A stretch of 64,000 bases of DNA from Nymphaea colorata (Eukaryota). This document shows positions 11,132 to 23,865 of the stretch, one piece after another. The notes below the pieces were generated by a model. The model did not search any database and was not told the origin of the DNA. It worked only from the letters and a program-made list of their open reading frames with translations. The stretch is from contig NC_045138.2 of assembly GCF_008831285.2 (NCBI RefSeq), forward strand, positions 25,730,001-25,794,000, written 5' to 3'. How positions within the stretch are numbered: position 1 is the stretch's first letter; each line of letters begins with the position of its first letter. The translations under genes were made by a program, and so were the position numbers.

Positions 11132-12682
11132 CTGCAGTTCCGGTAATCTTTCGGACAGTATTTTTGGGAGAGATATACGCGATCTCTTCACAACCTCTTA
11201 AACGTAATCGATCCAGACCATTTTTCGAAATTGTGTTTTTATTTTTCGAAATTGTGTTTCGAATTCTGGTCTACCGGCGGCATTCGGTAACTCGCACTTT
11301 CGTTTTCGTTTCAGTATGGTTCATTGTGCTTAGTTTGTTGTTTTCTTCGTTGGCTTTCTCTGCTGTTTTGAGTCTTTTGACGACGACTTGGGCCGTGCAG
11401 TAGGGACGTCATGGTAAAGAACTCGAATGAGGGTGAAACTTAATTATCTTAGGATGTAAAACGAGTGAACCTTGCCTGAAGTGGCGTTTGACAGCCGGTA
11501 AAATTTCGTCCTGTATGTTGCTTCTTTGATGTAGAGCATCCAGAAGGAATAATTGGATGCTTCTGGTTCTACTCTCTAATTTTTGAGCCACAAACGTTCA
11601 AGGGTGGGTGAAATGTGGCTGAAAAAAGTACTCCAATTTGTTGTTGCACTATTGCACCGTAAGAATAACCTTCACGTGAACCAGTAGTCCCATCAAACGC
11701 CCGTTCAGTTGCCGGGAACCCGAACGGACATCTAATTCCCGGCGTTTTGTATGACTGAAATCGAGCGTGCTCTAATTAGAAAGTAAAGATGAAAGGTCTC
11801 ATTTTCAAGATACGTAAACTTGGCATTTCAATTGATATGTTGTCTGGATTCTCAAATCAAGGACCTGACGGTTCCTTTCTGATCGCCTGCATCCAAAAAC
11901 ACCGGGAAGAAAAAAAAAGAAAAAGAAAAGAAGACAAAAGAACGAAGAAAATAGTTAGTAGATCTGATGTGAAATAGCTCTGCTTAGCAAGACAGAAAAT
12001 CTGTCCGAAATCATTGGCCTATAAAGTCAAGGATTGGATCTTTAGGACCCAGAAGTGATAGGCAGTTGACCAACATATTTGTGCCAAGTTCTCCTTGATT
12101 GCTGGCCAAAACATTCTTCCTTTTCTTCAATTAGTTTCACAAATTCACTTTTGCATGGATCGGATTCAGGTAACATATGAACTTGAATCGGAAAAAACTT
12201 CAAAAATGGATTTAAAAATCAGATAGAGTTCTCATTAAAAAATGACATCTGATCAGGTTCAGGTATGTAATTCAAATTTAAATTCAGATTTTGTTTTAAA
12301 CAAATATCTCATATATCCAATTTTCACACATTTTGAATGTGGGTTTTAGCATATAATATGTGGTTTCATTTTAAAGTTCAGATCCAAATATGGTGTATAA
12401 TTTTCCTCATTCACGTTCAAATGTGAAGGTGAATATAGACATGGGAACATCCAACAAATCAAATATGGTAAAGGGTAATACGATTCAGGTCGGATCCATT
12501 CACATCTCTAACCAGCGGCAAAATAAGTGTGCTATCACTGAATCATTTTCAAGTTCATCAAAGTATTTCCCCGTCATTTTTCATTTTAAAGTTACAACAG
12601 CCACCAAATGAGGAAATTGAGTTGCGTGCGCAGACCAAATGACGAGATTGAATTAAGTACACACAAAGGAAAGCGGCCACCC

Positions 12683-13211
12683 TTATCCTGCCTTTGTCAA
12701 TTCCTGTGCTAGCAAAGCCAAGTTTCCAAAAGAGGACCCTCCTTCATTTACTGCTTTTCTAGCCAATGCTTTCATTTTATTCATGTCGTCCCTCACTTTC
12801 TTCCCTTCTTCGCCGCCAGCCATTAAGTTCCTCAAAACCTTCTGCAACTCCTCCCCTTTGACCAGGGCATCATCTTCCTCGCCTTTCTTGCTCACCCATC
12901 ATGGCAGACAGGGCTCTGGTCTCCAAGTCATGGAAGGTGTTGGATAAGATCCCCATGGCCTCCAAGTAGAGGAGGGAGCTGTCGAGGAACCAAGTGTACT
13001 GGGGAGTCCCCTTGCGACGAAGCGGAAGGGGAAGATCCAGTGGGTGCAGAGGGTCCAAACCTGGAACTTCGATCTTCGCAGTCAAGTCCTCAAAATTCGA
13101 TTCGAATCGGCTGTGCAGGGCAGGGAGATGGAGGAGGAGGGAGAGGGCAGCTGCACTGGCAGGGAAGAAGACGTAGGCAGTGGGGAGCAAGACGACGGTA
13201 CTGGTCTTCAT
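12683..13211 (-). pseudogene. UGT pseudogene with two large internal deletions
   Basis: MKTSTVVLLPT joined directly to AYVFFPAS (His/Asp region missing); GILSNTFHDLE...AMMG joined out of frame to LVKGEEL...EGGSSFGNL (PSPG missing). Confidence 0.88.
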
Positions 13212-13976
13212 GGCCTGGCGGCTGCTGCTCCTGCTCATCCTTGCGAATTTCTCCTCCTCCCCCTGTTTCCCTGCCAAGCCAAGATGAATGTGGCCACTTT
13301 CCAAGTACCATTAATGGAAGACCAAAATTATCGTTTTTGTGCACAAGAAATTTCTTGGATCAAACATTGGCTAGAATTCTTTGCCTGTGTGAGACTTTGA
13401 TGGGAGTGCATGGACTCCAGTACATGACTCTTGGAATTCTGACTAAGCTTTAATTATCAAGTTGCATTATGAATTTAACTTGGATTCCGATGAAAATTAT
13501 AACTCGCTGTTGTTTTCATATTCAAGTATATGTATGATGTTAACTGTACCTGTGGATCTCAAATTTAGAAGAACATTTTTTATTTTGCAGAAAACGTACC
13601 TGTTAACATTGCTTTTGAAACGATACACATGATGAATCAAGTTGAACATCTTAATTCAGGTCTCAACTCTTTCATTTTAGCCTGAGCTTCTTACGCCTAT
13701 GTCGTTGTTGAAGCACACCCAAGTTTCCTTCCATAAAACCGAGGGTGTGTTCAATGAGTCATTCAACTCGAACTCTCGACACGAACTTGCTTGCTAAGGA
13801 ATGAACTCGCATAGTTTCGCTCTTTAATAAAAAAAAATCTTGGATCCATCCCTGGATGTCAAGTACTATCGTATAAGAGGGATGCACATCGGCTGTATAT
13901 ATGATTCTGTGCTATTGTTGAGGACCCATCTTTTTCCAAAGTTTGGTCACGTTGGACGGAAATCCCAACCTGCTAT

Positions 13977-14399
13977 CTATGTCACTAGTGCAGGTGCGGG
14001 TGCGGTAACGGCACATTTTAAGAAATTTAAGTGCGATGGTGCGGTGATGATATTTTATTATTATTTTTAAATTTATTATATATATATAATAGAATAGGCA
14101 TATTATTATAATTTAATTATTAATGTATATAACATACTTGAATAATTGTATTGCATAAAAAAATATCAAAACAACATATATTATATAAGTAATTTAATAA
14201 CATGGTGAATAATTGTATTGCATAAAAAAATATCAAAACAACATATATTATATAAGTAATTTAATAACATGGGATTCTAACTGGGCTTGGGTGTGAGTCG
14301 GAATCGCACCTATGTCCGGAATCGCACCTATGTCCGGTATGCACCCGACTCGATGTGGATTCTAGTGCAACAATAAAATAAAAGAGTCTGGTGACTTAG
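13977..14399. mobile_element. hAT-type MITE (degenerate)
   Basis: Termini CTATGTCAC / GTGACTTAG; imperfect 8-bp TSD CCTGCTAT / CCTGTTAG; subterminal GGTGCG/CGCACC motifs; AT-rich core with a 67-bp tandem duplication (14139-14272). Confidence 0.65.
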
Positions 14400-15653
14400 C
14401 CTGTTAGTGGATATGGTTCAACCTCATCCATGAGCAAAATTATGTACGGGGAAAGAAGCCCTAAAATTTCGCCGGTCTGAAATTTAAAACAACAAAAAAA
14501 AAATCTCCTATACTAATGTTAAGACCAAAATAGGGTCCAATCTCATTATGTTCTTACAAGTAATACTTGGCGAAAGATTGTGCCAGCTAAAATGGTGATG
14601 ATAATAATATCGAGATATTCTTGGATTCCATACGTTTGGCGCCTTCGTGTTCAGTGAATTACATGTTTTATGCCGTTTTTGGCGCAACTGCTTGTTAAAT
14701 GTGAAATTCCAATTTCAAAATTCAGCCACAAAATGAATGCTGCCATTAATGATCTTGATTCTTTCTTGGATCTTGGGCGGAAAACTCTTCTTTGTAATTT
14801 CACAATCTGAATTTATGTCAGATCCATTCCCCCTCTGAGTTAGACCACTGTGGTAGAGGATAGAAACACGTGAGTTTTGCCAGATGAAATAAACAAATAG
14901 TTTTGCACCCCAATTCCAGTTTAAACACTTTGATCGTGTGAAGAAAGTGAAAAAAAAAAAGGATGTGTTTGATGACTGGATAACAAATCTGAGGTGTTCT
15001 GGCGTCTCAGCACTATACAATACCCTTTCAAACACGAATATGTTCTCCTAGTTTAACACAATTGTGTACAACTTTTGTGGATTTTCAGTTTCTCATTAAC
15101 AAAGAATCAGATAATAGTTTTATAAATAATCTCCAAAGGGTGTAACATAGCTGATCAAGTTGGTAATGACATTTTACCAATTTGATTTTCATAAGCCTTA
15201 TACTTCCGTGAAATAAGAAATACAGATAATATCAAGATGAAGGTATATAGTCCCGAACTAAACACACACACAGCCTTGAATTCTGGGGGTAAGGAGAAAT
15301 GAGGAGGATGAATTTGGCTTCTTTTTCATTTTTTTTCATGCGGGTAGTAATCTATCATTCTCTAAGTGTAAAATTTTTTAACAAAATTTAAAGACAAAAA
15401 GTTTTCTAGATACAAGAAAAAACCAAAAACCACAAAAATAAAATAAAAATAACCAATTATACAAGCCAAGCTCAAGTTAGTGTATGCCGTTAATTCACTT
15501 GACTAGATTAGTGGGGTTTTATACAAGGTAGAACGTGTATGGCCTCCGGGTTTGGTTATTGGACCCGCACAGCAGTCGGCCTTCAATGGGAAAAGGCATC
15601 CGCGGGTAACGCGTTCGGGGCAATAGGGTCCGAACCCGCTCATCGAAAATTAT

Positions 15654-15706
15654 AGCCGTTACGTCCACAGGTCAGCGTACTCTTTCAAATATTGGTGACC
15701 GTTGAG
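15654..15706 (+). promoter_or_regulatory. MSA-like (mitosis-specific activator) elements upstream of TPX2
   Basis: AGCCGTTA at 15654 and GACCGTTGAG at 15697 (AACGG cores on the minus strand), 180-230 bp upstream of the ATG, with TTTCAAA between them. Confidence 0.6.
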
Positions 15707-15882
15707 ATCCGAACGTTACATCCCCATGCCGGATCAAAATACGCTCTTCGCTTCTGTCTGCAAGAATTGATTATTCTTCTTCTTCCATTTTCCTCCGTAG
15801 TTGTTCCTCTCATCCTCCACAGCTAGCCCCCCATCCTCTCTACGTCCCGTAGAAATCTTGTTGCTTTGGCTCTCTAAACGGA

Positions 15883-18800
15883 ATGATGGAAGCGTCGAGC
15901 GAGGTGGAATGCCTCCATCCTCTCCAGATTGATGAGATATACGAATTTTCTGCTCCTAGGTTCTTCGATTTCATTGTCGGTGAGACAGAAGAGGAGATCC
16001 GTGCAGCCCAGCAGTGGTTTGAAGTGACCCGTAGCTATGCGCCTTCACGTATGTTCTTGTTCTTCTCGTCTTCTTCCCCCATTCTGTTGCTCATTTCCAT
16101 TGGTTTGTGGTCATTCTCTTTCGTTCTCAGCCTCCACCATCTGTCTTGTTTATTCTCTTCACAATCAAGAAATCTCTGTTTGTTCTCTTGTTCAATAGGA
16201 GGCTCTTTTTCTTTCTTCCCCTAGTTTTACTCGATGTGTCTGGTTCATGGAAAATGGCATTTGAAAAGAAGGGCTTCTTGTTGTTGGGAAACTGAATCCG
16301 GTTCTTGCTACTACTAGTGACACTCATCTCAGCCACTGCCTGCCCACTGCAATTATCCATCATTTCTCTCTCTCCCAAATTGGAAATTGTTATGAGGGGC
16401 TTCATTTCTCCGAGGCCGAGAGAAATAAATTTTGGAATTGGGAACGACTTTGTTCTTGGCCTATTAAGGGGCTATGATGTATCAGCCTCCTTTCTCTTCT
16501 GAACTTAGAGGGCTCCTGCTAGTCTTTGGCGTTCGGAGCTTTTTATGCTTTGGGGATCTAGTAGTGTCCACGCTATAAGCTATCTTCCCTTTTATCAAGT
16601 TACAGTCAGCATATTGGTCTTTTTTTTTCCTCTCTTCATGATTGGGGTCTTGGCTGCTTAGAGTCTGATGGGATTTACCTGTGCTCGGTCTTCAGCATTC
16701 ATGTTGCGAATCAAGACAAGCAGGAAGGTGGATATGGATAGCACTTGCAATTTCCAAGAAACGGAGGAGTTACTTCCGGTAACTCGCATCTCCTTTTTTT
16801 TTTGTTATTAAATTCATAGAATGATGCTCTGTATACTTTGCTTCTTTTCCTGCACGTGCATCGTCAAGAATCAGAACATTCGTGTTTCTAATTCACAGGC
16901 AAAGATGGCTACAGAGACCAGAGAAGCAAATCTGCCAAAAAGTGATTCTAGGTGAGTCGGTCTTATGGGTTTTTAACTCACGGGTATCTTTTAGACTAAT
17001 CATTTTCTGTATATCTGAAATAAACGATCTCCTGTTATACCTTCTCAGGATTCCAGAAGAGAAGCTTACCGAGTCAGAAACTGTAGGTAAAGTTGGTGAT
17101 GGACGACGTGCTGAAACAAGAGAGAACCAGGTTAACTAAAATTTAACAGTATAAATGAATCTTAATTTTTGCAATGGTTAAACTTCGAGAGTTTAATTTT
17201 TTGTTGTCTTCATTTTATATAGTTGGCTGCATCTGAATCTTCCGCCCAACCTGGTCGCATTCTTCAGAACGCAGATAGGTATGCTCTCAATCATCATAAT
17301 GGCAGGAAATCTTTTGAAATAGGTTCCTCACTTTTCAGTTGTTGACAGTAATGACACTAACTTTGGTTGGTCGTACTGCAGTTCTACCATCGAGAAATCA
17401 GCTACGAAGAAACCAATTAAACCAACTGACGGTATGAATTTAATTCATGATATTCACTTTTTGCGAAGGAGTTGACAACTATGTCTGCCATGAGGAAATA
17501 AGATAAATAAGATAACCTGGCATGGAATGGAAAATCTGCGAACATCCTAGCTTCTTCGAATTCCATGGAAATAATTTACCGTGTCCAGCTTCCCTTATGG
17601 TTCTCTTTCGACTCAAAAATGTATGTATTATTTATGTTTCATGTGCAGAAATTGGTGCGGGGACTCCCAAAGCACAAATTATGTCTTCCAAAAATGGGCA
17701 CGTTCATAGCTGCAAGAATCCAACAGCCAAAATGAAACTACAAAAGCCCTCTACTGCAACGAAGTTAACTAAACAAACACCAATGTCACAAGCAAGAACT
17801 ACCAAGGGGAGCGCTTTGAGGTTGTTTTCATTAATCGACAACAATCGATCCGGAAAAATGTTGCAACTGTGGTATCATGCTTACCTGTTCTTATATGTTT
17901 GCCAGATTGCCTGCTAGTGCACTTAAGAATTCAGCAAATATTGACATCAAACAAGAAAATCAAGCGATCAAGAGGCAAAAGCTTGATGGGGGAAGATCAA
18001 GACAGGTATCCCTACAACCTGGCCATCCCTTCATCAATTCAGTTTTTTGTTGGCAGGATAGTGTGTAAAATTCTTGCTATGGCGCCAAAATTTTTTCAGA
18101 TTCTTAATGTCAAAGAACGGGTTTTGCATCATAAGTCTGAAGCTGTGGCTTCAAAAGAAAAAGCAGCAAACGGGCAAGCAACTAGAACCTGCAGGGAAAA
18201 GAGATACGAGTTAACCGTCAAAAAGGTAGCTTCACTGCTGTTTTGCTTTTTGTACAAACAGGACCTTGATTTTTAACTTCCTCATGCCAAATAATTATCG
18301 TTGCTTTCAGGAAATAAATCCTTTTGTTTCAGCAGCAGAATTGGTGAATAAATTCCATTCAAGAACGAGAGAACTGGAAATCTCACAGCACAGATCCCTC
18401 TCACATGTACCGAGATTATTACCCTATTTGAACCATTTGCGTTTGCTTGTTCTCGTCTTTCTGTTTTCTATAATTCCTGAAATTGGAATTCAGGCGGTTT
18501 GTAATGTTCCTTTTTTTTATTTTTTTTATACTTCATAGGATGATGCTGCGTCCATGACCCATCGCAAGCCTCCATTAGCATTGACACAACCAAAGGAACC
18601 CGAATTCTTGACAGCTCGACGGGTTCGGCCTGTAAAAGTAAAGAGTTCTGCTGAACTGGAAGAAGAAATGCTTGCAAACATTCCCAAGTTCAAAGCAAGA
18701 CCAGTAAACAAGAAGGTTTTTATCCCCATTCTACCAGCAATCGATTCTCTTTTTCTTACCAAACGGAATTGCTGAACATTATCGCGTCCATATGAAACTG

Positions 18801-20989
18801 AACAGATCCTGGAAGCCCGTAGTCTGCCGGTCCCATCCAGAAGCATCCCTCAGCCACCGGAGTTCCATGAGTTCCATCTGAAAACAATGGAAAGAGCTTC
18901 TCAGCATGCTGGGACATCTTATATGGAAATTTCACAGAAAGTATGCTTTCTTTATCTGCAAGCCAAAAAATTGCAGCTCCTGCGCCTCTAATGTTTTTTG
19001 ATATTAAGAATTTTGGGTTTTGTATTTGCAGGGGAAGAGCAAGCCTGAGAACACGGCAGCCTATGGGCTAACTGTACCCAAATCACCACACCTGGAAACA
19101 TCAACACGTTCACGCCCCCAGACGTAGGATGACTTCGATCTTAAATCCTTTGCTCAATTTATCTTATCTTCATTTCTGATGTGTCCTTTCTGAACTATGG
19201 CAGCATCAAAAGTTCGGAAGAACTGGAGCAGGAAGAGCTAGCGAATATGCCTAAGTTCAAAGCGAGGCCGCTGAACAAGAAGGTATCACTTTCATTGATG
19301 TCATGACAGGAGGGTGAACTCTTAGAAAAGCCATTTTTTTTCTTTTTCGTTACTGCGATCTCACTTCTAATCAACATACAGATACTCGTGAGCAAAGGAG
19401 AACTTGGAGTTTTCCGTAATCAGAAGCACCAAGCTACCATACCACAGGTGACTGTTACCCTTGTTTTGGATTTCATAAAACTCGTGAAATTTTTGCTGTA
19501 TATTTATTTACATGTTTTGCAATTTTCAGGAGTTCCACTTTGCAACCGATGAAAGAATACCTGCCGTGCATCCCGTGGTTGACCTCTTTGACAAGGTATA
19601 ATCTACAACTTGCATTGGTGATTTCTTTCAATAGGTGGCATTTGAAAGGCGTTGATTAATCCTGAGTTTGGTATATTATTATTGTTTCCAGCTATCTATA
19701 AACTCAGACTGTCGCGACAAAGAAATTCCACGAATCACGATACCGAATCCTTTCAATCTTCAGACCGAGGTTTGTAGGCAATCGTGTTTGTGTTGGTACT
19801 ACATGGTTACATGGTTTTCATTTTCCGTTTGTCTTATATTCCAATGGTTGAACGTGAATTTTAGGAGAGAGGTTTGGAGAAAGAAAAGAGATTCTTGGCA
19901 GAAGTTTTGCATGAACAGTTGGAGGAGCAAAAGGCCAGGGTTCCTAAAGCTAGTCCATATCCATATTCCACAGACTACCCAGTGGTAGGCTCTTGTCGTA
20001 CGTAAGCAAGATAGATATTCTTGTTTCACGCAGTAAAAGTTCACTTAAGAAATGTTTTTGCCTTTAGATACCACCAAAGCCTCAACCAAAAGAGTGTACA
20101 AAGCCAGAGGCATTTCAACTAGTGAGCCTCATCAGGCACGAGGAAGAGATGCAGAGGTTGATGCAGGAAAAGGAAAGAATGGAAAAAGAGGTGGCAGAGA
20201 TGAGAAAATTCAAGGCACAACCAATTTTGGACAGGTAATCCTTTTATAGAAGTTTAAGACAATATCGGCTTTTCTTTAAGGCATTTTGAAAATGCACCAG
20301 GGAAATTGCTAACAAATTTTTAAATCTATTCAGCGACCCAATTCCAGTTCCTGAGAAGAGAAGGATTCCTCTTACCCAAGTTCAGGAATTTGCACTCCAT
20401 GTGGATCACCGATCTGTAGACAGAGCTGAATTTGATAAGAAGGCAGGAAAACGTCTTCAAATCTATATAGTTTGTGCCTTATTTTGTGCAGCGAGAATGG
20501 CAAACTAATTTTTAGTAGCATTTTCTGTTGCATGCGTTTTATATACAGGTAAAGGAAAAGGAGGCCATATACAAAAGATACAGGGAAGAATATGAAGCCG
20601 CTAAAGCGGTAAGTGAGAATTCCTTTTGCCACGAGCAAAAACGCAAAAACTGAGAAATTTGTATGGAAGGTTTTGCCATTCTTTTGATTTATGTTGATTC
20701 TTGTGTTGTAGATGGAAGAGGAGAAAGCAACAAAGCAAATGAGAAGGATGATGGTGCCTCATGCGAGACCTGTACCGAGCTTCGCAAATCCGTTTGTTCC
20801 GGAAAGGTAAGACGGGGTTGCCCTCATCCTTTTCTTCGGCTTGTTCACAAAGAAGTGGTTTTGAGATTCTTTTGTTTCTTTTTTTTCTGCAGGTCATCGA
20901 AAGAAATTACAAAACCGAAATCGCCATGCCTACTTATAGCCCAAAGGAAACAAAGGGCCGCAGCTTCTGGTTTTGCGCATATGCGATGA
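15883..20989 (+). CDS. TPX2: TPX2 microtubule-associated spindle assembly factor (multi-exon)
   Basis: Exon 1 (15883-16048) IDEIYEFSAPRFFDF...WF Aurora-binding motif; KRQKLDGG NLS; two FKARP(V/L)NKK repeats; EFHL; C-terminal MVPHARPVPSFANPFVPERSSKEITKPKSP; last exon 20893-20989; GT-AG introns. Confidence 0.93.
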
Positions 20990-23556
20990 CCTCCATCAAA
21001 AAGAAAACTTGTCGCCATATGTAGCCCCACTGTACCCTTCAAGAAAGCTTGAACGCCCGTGAAAACTAACTGTGTGCCATAAATCTATCTGTAGTCTGTA
21101 TGCATAACGTATATAGCATATGATGTATTATTCTTGATTTTTTGGAACTTTGAGTTCAATTAATGGGAGATACCAGTTACCACCCTCGAATTTCTGTTCC
21201 CCCACTTCCCAATATGAAACTCTGTTCTTTTACTTTCCCAATGGATTTTTCTCTTATCGAAGCTAATTGGAGAATATACTGCAACTCAGAAGAAAAAGTA
21301 ATCAAAATTGACAAATTTTCCCATGAACAAACACGAAACTAAAATTTCCCTCCGGCAACTCTGTCCCCGACTAGCTTTTTTGCACCAGCAGAAAATTGGA
21401 CCAGTGTGCACAATTCCCCTTGAAAAGAGGCAACTTGCATCTTACTGTTATCCCAACCATCTTACAAGAATCATGGCTCAGGTGGTGCTTGGCTGCTTCT
21501 GTCAGTTGACAAAAAAGATTAACAGAATTACGAAGACAACGAATTTGATACAAAGCACCAAACTTAGTTGTCCCATTGATATTTTTAATTGGTTTTGCTC
21601 GTTATTCTCTCACATTTCTGGGTCTCTCAAGAAGATTGCAAACTTTTGTCAGGCAGCTCCCACTTGAAAAGTATCGACTCCTGTGGATATGTTTAAAAGG
21701 ACCCATTTCCCGCTCCTTCCACCCTCTCAGCAGCTGCAAAATGGCCTTGAAGTACCTGAGTATTACTTTCTTTCTATTGAGTCTCTTCTGCCATCCTCTT
21801 GGGCTCATTTTCCGAAGATGCTGTCATGGGGAGTTGCCCCTCCTCCCCGGATGTGACTTCACGTTGGTTCAGTCTTCAAGCTAAGGTCCAAACGCAATGC
21901 AATTTACAATCCTGGGTTCATTTTTGGCCAGTCTATGTGTTTTATAGCAGGGGCAGAGCTATCGTTTATTTTGGAGCTGTGCGGAAGCACAGAGACTGTT
22001 TCGGCATCTTGTTGCCATCTTTCCCCATCTTCGGTTTTGCGTGATCTTCTTTTTGGTGGCAGATTTCAGTTATAGGTAACGATATCTCATTTCACCGGCA
22101 TTCCTACTGTCTTGCTTTTTAATCTTCGGACTGAGATTACTACTATCGTTAAGGCCTTCTGACCTCCTGATCTTATCGCTTCCTTTAATTGAATTCGTTT
22201 TCGTCTCTCTTTCTCTCTCTCTCTCAATCAATTAGATATGACGGAACTCTTCCGTTGCTGCGATTATGCGTGTCCTGAAAACATACATAACGTAGAAGTT
22301 AATAAACTATATCAGGCTCTATTTGGTGCGGCAAATTTCAATTGGACTTCGTTCTCCATTAGGAAGCCCAGTCGATTAACCTTCTATTATTGCAAATTGT
22401 AGTCAAAACAGTAAATCTGTGTCTTTTCTCGCATGAAAAAGGTAAAATAAGGTCGTTTTCTCTTTATCTTTTTCGACCGCAAGATGAATTTTCATATGGA
22501 GTCCATAAGATGCCTCCGGCAAGGCTGCCCACCCTCTGACTACGTGAAACGAACCCTTCACCCGACTTTAAATAATAATTAAAAAACAGTCACGAATGAA
22601 ATCGGAGATTTTCATAAAGAAAGCAGTCCAACTTTTAGCGAGATGAGAATAAACACGCTTCATTTAATAATTCTGGCTTTTTTTTTCGTTCCTTCAAAGT
22701 GTTTGAGTCAGCTTTCATCAAGCATCTGAACGAAATTAATATTTCTCTTATTACCCATTCAATTCGATTTGGAATTCCCACGGAAAAGAGGCGATCATGC
22801 ATCATGCATCTAAGCATTGTTTTCTTAATTTGATTCAAACTCCAGTAAATTTAGACCTGCACTAGTGTTTGTATGCGAATCATTTGTTTGGTCATAAGGT
22901 GACACTCTTCCGACGGAAGGGGGCCGGAGTGGACCCTTCCATTAGAGAAAGAATAAAGAATGATACGTACAAGACAACAAAACCAAACCCCCACGTCAAT
23001 GCATCCCTTGCTCATACGGCAAGAATCTTACATCCCAAGAAAGGGCAAAATTACAGATCTCCCTATTGGAGAAATTTCTATCCACAAAATGCATATCGTT
23101 CAACACTATGGATTCTAATGCATCTAACCAAGATTTCCTTTGCTAATTGTTGGCTCTAATGTCAATTAAAGAACGACAATAGGGAACATGTCGAAGTAAA
23201 GATTGACAAATGATCGACTCTGTAAGTGAAAATTAGCTACCATTTCTTCATTATGTCATAGATAGAATGCCATAACAGAAATAACCTGCTGCAGTTATAT
23301 CCGCTCCTCATAGGGATTTGCCAAAAAGGACTGAAAACCTCAGTTTACAACCAAAGATTAATAGCAAGTAGCATCTGGTTAGATCAGTCTTGCTTCAGAA
23401 TAATGTTCTCACAAGCCTGCCGTTATACCTCTTTTTTAGCTTCATCAATAGGTTTGTCGATCTGGTTGCAGGAGTAAAGGATTCTAATCCTAGAGGTTCC
23501 ATACAACTATACTGAAACAAAGGATCCAACAAAGCTTAAACTCTCTTTGTACAAGA

Positions 23557-23865
23557 TGTAACACTCCAAATATTTAGTCTCGTATTAAAGATTATGAGGA
23601 ATCTTCAAGGGTTTATAAAGGGGGTCATTATTCTCACACGCACGGATGGACGCGTGTGTATTAAGGGGGGTGGATTGTAACGCTTTAAATATTTAGTCCC
23701 GTATCAAAGATTATGAAGAATCTTCAAAGGTTTATAAAGGGGGTCATTAATATGAGCCCGAGTCCAAGAAAACAATATAAATCTTCAAATCTTCAAAAGT
23801 TTATAAAGGGGGTCATTACCATGAGCCCGAGTCCAAGAAAACGATATAAATCTCCAAAGCTTCAA
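23557..23865 (+). mobile_element. TRIM/LTR-like remnant with internal tandem duplications
   Basis: TGTAAC-starting repeat at 23557 and 23676; the second is directly preceded by a PPT-like AAGGGGGGTGGAT; tttataaagggggtcatta occurs three times. Confidence 0.6.
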
